Assembly (NCBI GenBank): GCA_032718475.1
Contig: JAUCBJ010005104.1
Coordinates: 1-33,954 of the forward strand
From: Nemertoderma westbladi
Lineage: Eukaryota > Animalia > Xenacoelomorpha
Direction: 5' to 3'
Length of the DNA: 33,954 bases
Each line of letters starts with the position of its first letter. The first letter of the stretch is position 1. Both the position numbers and the translations under genes were made by a program. The notes under the pieces are model-generated. The model saw only the letters and a program-made list of their open reading frames with translations, was not told where the DNA came from and made no database searches. Positions 21,618 through 33,200 of the stretch are shown here, one piece after another.

Positions 21618-24600
21618 ATGGATGCCTCATGTGATGAAATTGTATGTCCTACTTGCAACATGGGATGTTATAACAGCACTGGAGTGTTATATTGGCATTT
21701 CTCAGAGAAACATATAAAAAATAATATTTGTGTTCCCTGTGATTTGAAATTATATTCTCATGATTTAGTTCCCGAACATATATTGCACCACATTAATATT
21801 GTTTTTAATAAATGCATACTATGTGGAGACAAATTTGATTGTCCAAAACGATTTGCAAAGCACATAAATATTATGCATGGAGGAGTTTATCAACCTAACT
21901 TAAAAGATAAAAATGATATCAGTGATGTCAGTGGTGTTGAACCATGTCAACAACAAAATAATGTGAATATAGCCTTCCCATCAAAAATGCAACCAGTAGT
22001 TCTTCTAAGAGACATTTTATGGAAGAGGCATATGATATTAGGTAAATTATCAGATGACATGAAAACAGAACAACAGTTGTCACAACAGAACCCATATAAA
22101 TGTGATTTACCATTGACCAAGAATGAAGCAATAATATCGAATGCTAGCCTTACGAATACTTGTTCCACAGATGTATCAACAACACCAAATAATATTCTTG
22201 TTTCAAGAAGTGATGATGTTTATTCTAAGAATGTACCTGCATCACCTCAAATATCAGTATCTTCTGATTATGTTATCAGTACTACAGGTTCTCCATCAGT
22301 GACTGAAATTTGTGATTTACCATCGACATGTGTGACTAGAACTGGAGATACAGATGAAACGAAGGGTGATATTATATCAAATGCAATTACTACCACTACC
22401 ATTGGAGATACTGACAGGACCTCTATTAATATTCGATCCCCATCTCTGAAATGTCTTACATGTTGTAGTGAATTTCATAATTTTACTCAGTTTGTTGATC
22501 ACAAAATCAAGCAGCCTGAGTGCAACCAAATGGAAGTTTGTTCTGCATCAAGAATTCCTTGCTCAGATAATGCATTAGCTTATGGACCTGATGGTGGCAC
22601 TAGAGGTCAATTCACTAAACCTGATTCTATTCGCCAATTGTATACTGGTACTAAGAAAGAAATAGCAAAGTGTAAACATTGTCAGAAAATTTTTGCTAAT
22701 GGGAAAAATCTTACACTGCATTTACGATTTTGTCGTTGGAGGGATTTTGCTTTAGGTATAACAAGGAAGAGTTCTGCTTTGGGTGCGATGAAGATTCCTT
22801 ATAAAAAGGGACCAGCAATGTGTCAATACTGTAACAAAACCTTTACTGCAATGAAAAATCTGAAGATGCATTACCGATTTTGTCGTAAGCGGGATTCGAC
22901 CTTAGGTGTTGGAACCAATAGTTCTGAAGAGCGCAAGACTGTTTCTGCCTCTTCCACTACTCCCTTGGTAAAGAAAGGCCGAATAATTAAGAAGCTTCCA
23001 AAATTATTAACCTCTACAAGGCAAAGAGAGCCACAAACCAGTCTGGTATCAGTTGAGCATGGCATCTCGATTACTAAATTTGAGAAAATATTTTGTTTAT
23101 CATGTGGAGAATTGCAAACTTCAGAAAGGTCATATCTTCAACATTTCTTCGATATACATACTGATGGGTCAAATTTCTGCAAACACTGTAATAAACATAA
23201 AGAAGGGGATAATATATTCAATTCTCATGTGAGAGGTCATGTAGATAACACCAAATACACCTGCCCATTGTGTAAATCTGTTAAAGTGTGTGGATTTAAT
23301 TGCCCCAACAAAATCATCACTCATATGAAGCGTTCTCATGGTATCCAACTCATTCAGGTCATAAAATCTGAAACTCACAAGCACGACAAACAATCTTCAT
23401 TTGCAATCCCTGATCAATTAAATACTACAGGAATTGTTAGTGTAAAATCGAAGGCACACAAGGAAACTACTGGCAATCATGTGCCATGCATTGTCCTAGA
23501 AGAGAGTAATGAAAGTGAAGATAGTACCACTATTCAGTACGGAACTACGTTAAAACCAGACAATATCAGTTCCCTAGCTAAGATTCCTCTTTCTGGGTTA
23601 ACTTTCAGTGATGTTAGTAGCCTTCAAAATCCTTTGATGATACCATGCCTATTATGTGGTCTGAATATGAAAAATAGTGTAAATGTTATACAATCACATC
23701 TTAAGGTGTGCCCACATCGACAATGGATCAATGCAACCCCCGTAAACGCATCGGTGGTTCCCATACCACGTCAAGTTGCTAAAGTTCGTGTTATAAAACC
23801 GAAATTGCCAGTTTCTAACTGCTCAGATATGTCTTCTCAGACACTCTCTATTGACCCAGATACATCTTCGAAAATTATTGGCATGGTGGCATACTATCTA
23901 TCCGAGAAAGAGAAATCCATGCAACAGACATGTTTGGTGTCCAAGGAACATAATATATGTATTAAAAGATATAGCGAAATTTGGTGCGTTGCATGCAAGG
24001 AATTTCAGGTTTCGCATCAGGAGTATATTAATCACTTCCTTACCGCACATACATATGGCGGATACTTGTGCAAGCATTGCAACACACAGCCATCGCACTT
24101 CAAACAGCACGTCAATAGTCATATCGAGCAATACATGTACCATTGCCCACTGTGCAGCCAATGCAGTAAACCTCGTGGATTTAAACGTCCTGCATTAGCG
24201 ATATTGCACATGAAGGATTTGCACGGAATAGACCTGACTCAAATGACTAAAACAAAAGGAGATGGAAATATATTGGACGCCATTCTCCATGATTCTGTTG
24301 GGGTTGATACCCAGTCCAGTGGGGCTCCCAGTGGCAGTGGAGATCCCAGTGGCAGTGGAGATCCCAGTTGCAGTGGGGATCCCAGTTACAGTGGGGATCC
24401 CAATGGTAGCGACCATGGGATTGTCTATCATTTCAACGATGGTTCAACAGACTCACCAATTTCCTTAAGCAATCTGAAGGTCGGGAACATACCATTGTCA
24501 TGCGATCCACCCAACATCGATCAAATGGATATTTTACCTCCGAATACCGCGATGGTTTTTATGAAACCGATAGATGATTCGAACTTATCCGAGGCGAAAC

Positions 24601-24671
24601 GACTGGGTTTGAATGGAAATAAGCGCTCAACGATTAATAGTTTGCAGGGGTGGCAAACAAACTTCAGTTAG
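21618..24671 (+). CDS. Multi-zinc-finger protein, 1017 aa, single uninterrupted ORF (~9 C2H2 in three triplets + ~4 C2HC fingers)
   Basis: 3-kb open frame in AT-rich DNA. Contains CxxC-x12-H-x3/4-H and CxxC-x12-H-x3-C motifs; its N-terminal triplet is clearly homologous to the 30273 ORF; AATAAA follows the stop. Confidence 0.92.
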   Translation: MDASCDEIVCPTCNMGCYNSTGVLYWHFSEKHIKNNICVPCDLKLYSHDLVPEHILHHINIVFNKCILCGDKFDCPKRFAKHINIMHGGVYQPNLKDKNDISDVSGVEPCQQQNNVNIAFPSKMQPVVLLRDILWKRHMILGKLSDDMKTEQQLSQQNPYKCDLPLTKNEAIISNASLTNTCSTDVSTTPNNILVSRSDDVYSKNVPASPQISVSSDYVISTTGSPSVTEICDLPSTCVTRTGDTDETKGDIISNAITTTTIGDTDRTSINIRSPSLKCLTCCSEFHNFTQFVDHKIKQPECNQMEVCSASRIPCSDNALAYGPDGGTRGQFTKPDSIRQLYTGTKKEIAKCKHCQKIFANGKNLTLHLRFCRWRDFALGITRKSSALGAMKIPYKKGPAMCQYCNKTFTAMKNLKMHYRFCRKRDSTLGVGTNSSEERKTVSASSTTPLVKKGRIIKKLPKLLTSTRQREPQTSLVSVEHGISITKFEKIFCLSCGELQTSERSYLQHFFDIHTDGSNFCKHCNKHKEGDNIFNSHVRGHVDNTKYTCPLCKSVKVCGFNCPNKIITHMKRSHGIQLIQVIKSETHKHDKQSSFAIPDQLNTTGIVSVKSKAHKETTGNHVPCIVLEESNESEDSTTIQYGTTLKPDNISSLAKIPLSGLTFSDVSSLQNPLMIPCLLCGLNMKNSVNVIQSHLKVCPHRQWINATPVNASVVPIPRQVAKVRVIKPKLPVSNCSDMSSQTLSIDPDTSSKIIGMVAYYLSEKEKSMQQTCLVSKEHNICIKRYSEIWCVACKEFQVSHQEYINHFLTAHTYGGYLCKHCNTQPSHFKQHVNSHIEQYMYHCPLCSQCSKPRGFKRPALAILHMKDLHGIDLTQMTKTKGDGNILDAILHDSVGVDTQSSGAPSGSGDPSGSGDPSCSGDPSYSGDPNGSDHGIVYHFNDGSTDSPISLSNLKVGNIPLSCDPPNIDQMDILPPNTAMVFMKPIDDSNLSEAKRLGLNGNKRSTINSLQGWQTNFS
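24318..24407 (+). repeat. 18-bp coding minisatellite x5 (SG[A/D]P[S/N]x)
   Basis: AGTGG(A/G)GATCCCAGT(GGC/TGC/TAC)-type units. Confidence 0.9.
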
Positions 24672-24717
24672 GGTTGAATCATCGAAACATACAAACTAAA
24701 CATTCGGCTTTAAACAA

Positions 24718-24723
24718 AATAAA
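24718..24723 (+). promoter_or_regulatory. Candidate polyadenylation signal of the first zinc-finger gene
   Basis: AATAAA ~47 bp after the stop, followed by T/GT-rich sequence. Confidence 0.4.
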
Positions 24724-24981
24724 ACGTTTTCTTTGCTGGGGACAGACTTTTTTTATATTATTTTATGTGTTTAGGTTAGCATTTAGCACTATAGCAGTTA
24801 CATAACCCATATAATTAGTTTTTATGTATATATAATTAAGTAATTTAATTTAACTGACTTTTAAATTCTCATTTTACATTATTGAATTGTGGTGTTGAAA
24901 TAATTTTCGGGTCAACTTAAAACTTATTTTTATTACAGTAAGTGGTTGTTTCTTTTAACTTTCCCTTTTTGGGTTCAAAGA

Positions 24982-25046
24982 CGGTTTTCCGAGTTACTAA
25001 GTCGGTTTTCCGAGTTACCTTGTCGGGTTTCGAGTTACCAAGTCGG
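24982..25046 (+). repeat. ~21-bp tandem repeat x3
   Basis: CGGTTTTCCGAGTTAC(TAA/CTT/CAA)GT units. Confidence 0.8.
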
Positions 25047-26005
25047 AGTACTGAATTTGTAAATCCTCCAGCTTAAAGTAACTTACAGGTTACCCTCTTC
25101 CGTCCTCTTTGACTTGCAGTATAATAATTTAGTTCAAGTGTGTGTTGGGTGTTTTGCGTGTTATATTTTGATTTAATTTATTATGTATCGGGTATCGCTC
25201 AGACCTGTGCAGTATTATTTTTTGTATGAACGCAATTATTTTTAACAATTATGCGATTTGTTAAGAATATGTGCTGAAGTATTTTGCTCACTTTTTACCC
25301 CGAGGACGAGTTTGGTTGGTGGGCCAATATGGTGATTGGTAATCAGTTTTTTAATGTAATAATGGAAATCTTTCACCAAAGTGATGTTTACGATAGTGCG
25401 AACTAGTGATGTTTTAATTATCACCTCCCATAGTGCAGAGAGGGAATGCGGGCCTGCGAGGACGGGGGAGTGAACTGTGTGCTTTCTATCATATGAAATA
25501 AGGTAATATTGCGTATATAAATAATGGGATTTATTGACGTCAACCTGAATACTTTATAAGCGCTACCACATATTAAAAACGATTGCGATTTTGCGATAAT
25601 AACGACAATTTAAAGATAAATCAGAAAAAATGAATATTTTAATGTATATTCCATTCTCCCAGTCATTGGTACCGCAGTCGAAATACGAGCCCATGTGTAT
25701 ATAATAGGCCTACATATTTAAATCGAAGTCTGATTCTTGGAATTTTATATATGATGGACGAATTTCTATTTTTTTTTATTTATTCTTGTTAGCGCTTATT
25801 TTTGTCTTATACAACGTGTAGGCCTACCGATACTAATTCGTTTATTGTTTTAGTTAGATTCAGCTTTTCTGTAACCTCGGTTATTAGTGAAAACCTGGCA
25901 TTCTTCACATTGTGGTAAACTGAAAAGTGAAATATAACAGCAGAAAGTCTGGTATAATACTTCACATGGGCCGAAATACCACCATAGTGGAAGAGCGCAA
26001 GGCTA

Positions 26006-26093
26006 TGTGGGGCGAGCCACGAAGTTGGCGGAGCCTTAGCGAATTGACACTGTTAGGGGGTGGGTCAATTTATGCAAATAGTTGTCGTCGTTG

Positions 26094-26125
<32 letters not shown>

Positions 26126-26545
26126 GTCGTCGTCGTTACGATTTTGACATGCTAATAACTTTGTCGGATTTAAAGCTGCCAAGTTGAAAATTTGTAGGTA
26201 TCAATATGAGCAAAAGTTGAGATTTTTGAGAGAATTTCAGACACCATCAGTGCAATGGTCTCCCGCTAGAGGGCCACATGTCTAAACATTAAATGCCCTC
26301 CCATTTCTTTGCTTTTAATCCGTTTAAGCTGAAACTTGGCAGATATGTATTAGACCATTAGCTGTGACTTTCAAAGGAGGCGAATCCATCTGCAGTTCTC
26401 CAGTCTGCCGCTAGAGGGCCAAAGGTCTGAAAGTGAAAACAACTAACGACGACAACTATTTGCATAAATTGACCCACCCCCTAACAGTGTCAATTCGCTA
26501 AGGCTTCGCCAACTTCGTGCTGCGCGAAGTCCCCACTTCGTGTTT
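26006..26545 (+). mobile_element. Helentron/HINE(DINE-1)-like non-autonomous element with 75-bp inverted repeats and (GTC)n microsatellite
   Basis: 26018-26092 vs 26445-26519 inverted (1 mismatch); (GTC/GTT)n at 26081-26137; two ~145-bp internal units; hairpin CGAAGT-CCCC-ACTTCG at 26525-26540 followed by T-rich sequence; no clear TSD. Confidence 0.65.
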
Positions 26546-29500
26546 GTTATTGTATATGTAATTACTGTAGGGCATTATTTACTGGTATTGGTATGTAAAG
26601 TAACAAACATATTTTGTTAATTTATAAGAATATAATAATTATACTGTATATTATGTATTACAATACGTATATTATGTTAGTATAATAGGGCCTACTATAT
26701 ATTACAGAAATTAGTAAGCATGTTATAATTGTTCTGTTATATCTGCCACTAGTTGGCGTTTAACTTTCAACATTTTATTATACTGTATTACTGCAGTGAG
26801 TTATACTGTGAAGTACAGTATTACCTTATTGCTTATTATTTATTATGTTACGTTAATATTTTATTTTAAAAGTTACTTTAAAATTGCGTCGCTTACTACG
26901 TTTCTGAAATTGCATTTATAACATTATCAACTGGAAAATAAAAACGTTATATATAAAAGAACTAGCGCACATTTATGTGGGGAAATTATGTTGTATTTTC
27001 AAGGTTGCAGTAGCTAATCACAACTAATAATAAAATAATAAACACATTTAGTTGGACTCACCGTGGATGTCCAAATGTAGCCATAGCCATAATTTTTTAT
27101 TTTCCATTTAAATTTGAAGTGTTTAAAAAAGTGTATTTTACGAAATTGTACCTTCTCATCGCGGCTATTCTTCATATTAATGGTGAATTTGCTATATCTT
27201 TTTAAAGCTTGCATTGCAAGGATTGTAAATACTGTATGCTGAGATATATACCGGTATTGGCGTTCAAAGATTGTAAGAATAGGGTTGGTGCGCGAAAAGA
27301 TTGTTGAGTTAGAAACAATTGTAACAATTAAGGTGCCCTGGATCGAGTCCGAGTGGCAGGGTGTGCTTTTTGTAAAATTAAGAGGAAACTGAAACTGTGA
27401 GGGGAAATGGTGGGTTTAAGTAAGCGCGCGAAGTCAATTTTGAAAATCGGCTGTGATTGGCTATTGCAGATCTCACTGTCAGGTTCAAATGGTTTCTATC
27501 ATTTGAAAGTGGAGAGTCATGCGCATCTTTTGTAACACCTCAATTAATTCAATTCATGAAAAGGATCGTTGATGAAATTATGTTTGCAATTACAAACTCG
27601 GCAGCTTAACAGAGGGAAAATGCAATGTCCTTTCGTAATGTTACAATTTTTGAATTAAACTGTAGGGCCTACATCATAGAAAAATACTTGTGCTCTTGTC
27701 TTGTTCTCATATTTTTTTTAATGTGTTATTTTCAACAATGAAGAAAGCCACTCGGATTATCATATTGTAATGTGTGACTTTACAGATTTCACCTAAAGCT
27801 ATTCCAATTTACTTCCGTGATGCATAGAGGCCAACAATTATTACTGTTTAGTGAATGTAAACTATTTTGTTGCAGATTAACCACATGTAATTAAAATGGG
27901 ATACAATTGAAAAAGTTATTTAAACTGATATTGAATTATTCTCCGACTGATCTACCCGTCATTACTCCATGCATGCGTTACCGCTTGTCTCTAGTCTACC
28001 CAAGGTTACATTTTTAATTTTTGCTCCTATTCAACTGGTGTCGATATTTCTCTGTAGTGGGACCCATTTTGATACTGTCAAGAGTTATCCCTCCCCCTAC
28101 CGGCTCGTTTATTAATAATAATAAAGTGGTTTGATCGATACTGAATCTACTTCAGTTTATTCATCAAATTAAATATTTCTTAGTGAAGTGTTGAATCTTC
28201 CTAATACTCTAGGCCTATAATAATTGTGGTATTCAATAAACCACTTAATAATGAACTTGTCACAACAACACATACGAAAGGCAAGTGCGCAATAGCAAGA
28301 GACTTGGGAAAAGGTGATGTCGAACGAATATGATTCTGAGCACACTTGTGTTGTGTGGCTGTGTTGTGGTTTTTATATTATACTGTACGCTTACGGCCGA
28401 CGAGACTGCAAGCAAGTTTCTCTAGGCCCTCTACCTCTGCGCACTGATGATTTGGGTTGAGCACAGTAAAGCAATATGGAAGGACAAATTGCTATCACTC
28501 ACATAACTCCTGTCAAGATCCACCTTTCCGACTATCAAAATGGTTAGGGCGCCAACCTGTGGGTTACTGGTTTGATCCCATCTTTGCTAAAGTGCTCAAA
28601 GAAAACTACTGTGACAAATCCAATAATTCAACCGTAATTATCAATACAGCGATGTAAACTGTTTGACCATTTACATGTTTTCCGAAGAAACAAATCATTA
28701 CCCGTTTTGTTGGAACATGGAGTCGCCCAAGATCGTTATTGTTCAGTGTGGCATTTGCTGTTGAAACATTTGCTTACCAGATAGCCTACCTCTGAGTAAG
28801 ATTTATAGATTTTGTCTTTGTGACATTGGATTGGTAGCAGTTCCAGTAGGTGAACTTTCAGAGTCAATGTTATCTCTCATGTGAATTCAATTACACAAAG
28901 CTATGCAAAAACCAACCTGTTCTGACAGCAGCAGCAATTAATTACATTTGGATAATTAATGCCCATCATCATACATAGAGGCGATAATTTACCAATACCA
29001 GACCAGTTGATTGCTTCAAATCATAGATTGCCAGTGAGTGTAGGTCTGGGTGAATTAGCATACCTTGTGTTTGTGGATCATGGATAGATGTGTGCCTGCG
29101 AAGTCCTAACGGTGACTGTTGGTTCTGTTTATTGTGCTTCTTTAGAGAGTACCGGGGTGTGTGTGTTTGTGTGTGTACGGCACTGGTTTGTGGTTGTTCA
29201 TCTTTGAACTTGCAGATGAGTCCTACCTAAGCGGACCAGGGACCACCGTTCTCTGGTTCTGAGTGAAATAATTGCAAAATATGGTACTGTATTACTACAG
29301 TATAGGCCTAATAGTTTGTATATTTACCGTAGAAATTTGCAGTGCAATCTCTGGCATGTTGATATTTTTGGCGGTCATGGCATTGCCGGATAGGATTTGT
29401 GTTCTTCATTATGGTATATTCGAATGGTATGTAGATGATACCTTGCTTTCCTGTTATGTATGGTGGCGTCTAGGCACAGAGTTGTATACTACTGCTGCAT

Positions 29501-30272
29501 TTGTCAGATAGACTGATCGAAATACTGTTTTAAATTATGGCACTCTGCACAGCACATTCCTGCATTGCATACCCGTACTCAATGCTCATCCCCTCTTTGA
29601 CTAAACGTTTTTATTTTACTTCTGTTGTCTGTAGTTAAACTTACTGCTTGCATTTACATTCACTTAATTATGTATCAGCATTGCTGCTTGTTCTGATTTT
29701 GTAGATTTCTCATGCCTGGTAGCCTAGTTTGTGATTGCTGTTTACTGTGTTCCCTTGTGCCCTTAGCCCTTGGTCAGCGATCATGGCCTGTAGTCCAAGT
29801 GATCTATATCGCTTTAGTTGACCTTGGTACTCTGTAACAGCAGACACCGATGCGATTGCGCTTATCCCTAGTACTCATGTTTATCAGTATTCACATAGGC
29901 GTCTGAACTGCATAAACCACTACAGCACTAGGTACATCATTCCTCACTACCGGCTGGCAGGTTTTCATTCCTTGTTGTAGCTAAGCTATTATGCCTATTA
30001 ACTTCCCGTATCGCCGTATCTTGTCCGCAGTTTGGCTACCGGATGCCGGACACTGACATCTGGACATGCACTTCCCACAGTAATTATGTTTAATGTAATT
30101 ATGTATCTGTAGTTAGAGCAGGCCATTGTTTGAATAGAATAAGCTGTGCAGGGATTGTAAATTTTGATCATATTACTAATTTTATCACTATTGATACTTG
30201 TACATTACCCAATGCACGTTTATTTGCCGATAAGGGACAGTTTATCCATGAAAGGCAGATAGATGAAAGAAG

Positions 30273-33200
30273 ATGAAGTCTAAAAATAAGAAACTTCGTG
30301 AGTCAGAAACTCAATCAAATGCCCCTCCCTGGAAAACTGTTATACATGCATCTAATAATGAAATATCAAGTACCGGTAGAAGTATGACTCCATCAAGCCA
30401 GTTGACCCATGGATCATGGGAAAAAGTCTGCCCTGCGTGTGCAGAGTACTGTTACAACAGTCCAGGAATATTGTATTATCACTATGCTACTGAACATGTA
30501 ACAAATAATATGTGTTTGCCATGTGATTTGCCTTTTGATAACGAATCGATGAAACATCAACACATTCTTCAGCACATTAATATTGTTTTCAACAGTTGCC
30601 ACCTGTGTGGGGTTACATTTGATTGTCCCCAACGACTTGCTGACCATGTGAAGGTTATGCATGGCGGCCGCTATCATACCTCGGCAATGATAAAAGGCAC
30701 TTCAGAGTCGAGTGGAAGTTCACCTCGAAAATCGGCAAAATCGCCAGGTAGATATTTATCAGATGAAGCATCAAATATTGTGCAGAATATTCCCACAAAC
30801 AATATTGATGAATCTGAGATTTCCGAAGGAGAGGAAACTACTAACGAATCCCAGTGTGAGAAGCAATACGATGATAAATTTCTCTACTATGGAATAAATA
30901 GCATGGAACCTGTGTCAGCAAACACAGCATATATAGCTTGCATCGCATGCTCAAATAGTGTTTATGGATTAAGTAAATTTAGAAAACATTTCATTGATAA
31001 ACACACTGATAAAGATAAAAGTCTTTGTTTCGTTTGTGACTCAAGTTTCAATTCTGTTCAGAAGTTCGTTGGCCATGTAAGACACCATGTGTCTGAGTCT
31101 CTTTACCGGTGTTCAGCTTGTGAGGAAACCTTTGCATTAAAGAGGGATTTTCTGAAACATTTAGCTCTTCACGGCACCTCGGAGTTTGCTAGGTCGACCA
31201 TCTACACACCCAACCAACTGGTAGGCTCTGCCTTATCATCCCAGAATTATAAACTTCAACCTAATGTGGTCATTAAAAAGGAGCCAATATTCAAACTTGT
31301 TGCAGAGAGAGATATAAGCAATGTAGTCGAAACCTTAATAGCCAGCACCCCAGGTTCTAACCGAAGTGATGAAATGTTATACTATGGGTTTGATAGTTTG
31401 AAGCCTATAAAGGCCAAGTTTGCAGCAATACCTTGCATTTGTGGTGAGGTGTGTGTTGGTATTGAGAACCTTAAAACCCATCTTTATGCCAGTCACACAA
31501 CGAATAACAACTTTTGTACAATCTGCGAGAAGTCGTTTTCTGGAAGTAAGCATATTATGCGGCATGTCAACCGAGCAAGGTTTACTTGCAGTGTTTGTCA
31601 AAAATCTTTCTTTGAACGACTCCTGCTGTTGAGACACATGCATCATCATAAACCAGAGGAATTTTCAAGCTTTCAAGATGGAGGTGGTGAGGATATTAGT
31701 CAGGGAGTGAATGAGAGTTCAAGTGCGGATGGACACCGTCAAGAAAACAATAGTGTGGAAGATTCCACACTTTTTTCATGCACGAAGTGCCCACAGAAGT
31801 TCGAAAATTATACCGATTTCATTGATCACAAAGTAGATTGCGCTTCTTCAAATGCAAGCAAGCGAATTTTTAAGGAATGCCCATTCTGTGAAAGAAACCA
31901 CATCGCATCCAATTACAAGAGGCACATTCTAGTATGTCAGAAGAAAATTAAAGCGAAATTAATCGGTAAAAACATAGAGCCGGTTAATACAGCACAAACA
32001 TTTACACGCACTTGCAAAATATGTAAAAAGGTGTGTCGTACTTCATATAACATGAAGCGTCACCTTGCAGCGTGCTACAGAGAGTTTTTGGCGAGTAAGA
32101 AGTCAAAAAATCCATCAAATTCAGTGGCCGGGAAAGGCAAGGAAGGCGTTATTACTGCAACTGCTGATGGGAAGTTTATCTGTCCCCATTGCAATCTATC
32201 ATTCGATTGGAAATCCTATTTAATTCGGCACCTGCATACCCATGCAAAAAAAACAAGCCAGGCTAAACTACCTGTTTCTAAAATAAAAAGTAAGATTGCA
32301 GGGTCGTCACGGTTGTATACTTATATTTGCAGTTTTTGTCAAAGATGCTTCAATACTCCTGGAAATCTTGGTCGACATATCAGAGATAGTTGCCCTGTCC
32401 GTAAGTCCCAGTCGTCAGCTGCCGTGGTCCCCCATGGAGAGGCCCAGAATGGCATTGACCCCTCCCCGTCGGCCCCTGAGGAACATGATAATCCTGCCGC
32501 TCAGTGCAGTGTGCCCAAAATAGTTGCCGCGATCGGCAGCAAGAAATCATCGAAAAAGATATCAATGAAACCTTGGTCAACGGTTTTAGTTTCCTACAAG
32601 GATAACATAGTAATCAGGCAGTTCGGTAAAATAATATGCATTAATTGCAGTAAGAGATTACCAACTAAGATATCCTACACTAAACACTTTCTGGAAGAGC
32701 ATACCGACAGAAGGAGTGTTTGCAAACACTGCGATGTTACACCGCGTACATCGCTGCGGAAACACATTGCCAATCATGTCTACCATAGCAACTTCTCCTG
32801 TCCGCGCTGTGACACGAGTTTCCCTAAGAAACGGGCAATGATACGGCACATGCGCGTCGCTCATTCTGTTAAGTTGACTGTAATGTCGTCCAATAGCGTT
32901 CAGTTCTGGGAGGATGCCGCGTCCGATCTTGCCTCCTCGACGACTAACGAAACATCTGCGGAGATATTCACCGGTTTCGACTTTGAAGATAATTCCGTGG
33001 CTAAGCGAAACGATGTGGAACCTGGATGTGGTCAAACCGCGGAGCGATTCGAGGAGAACCGTGGAGTTATTGGCGAGAAGGATGGCGCTTCTTCGGAGCC
33101 AGTGAACTCGACTCATTCGAATAATATTGATTGCGCGGCGAGTGAACTCGTTGACGAGGAATTTAACGAGTTGGGAATGGAAAACACTGAGTCGTTTGCC

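Noticed and set aside
25927-26187. Arg/Cys-rich protamine-like ORF
   Set aside because: The poly-Arg comes from the (GTC)n microsatellite of a repeat element.
28530-28585. tRNA gene (TATCAAAATGGTTAGGGCG ... GGTTTGATCCC)
   Set aside because: Box A/B-like words are imperfect and too close, and no cloverleaf forms; at most a SINE-head relic.
28300-30272. 5' UTR exons of the second zinc-finger gene (GTAAG at ~28796, TTGCAG at ~29211)
   Set aside because: Plausible, but splice words alone are insufficient without transcript data.
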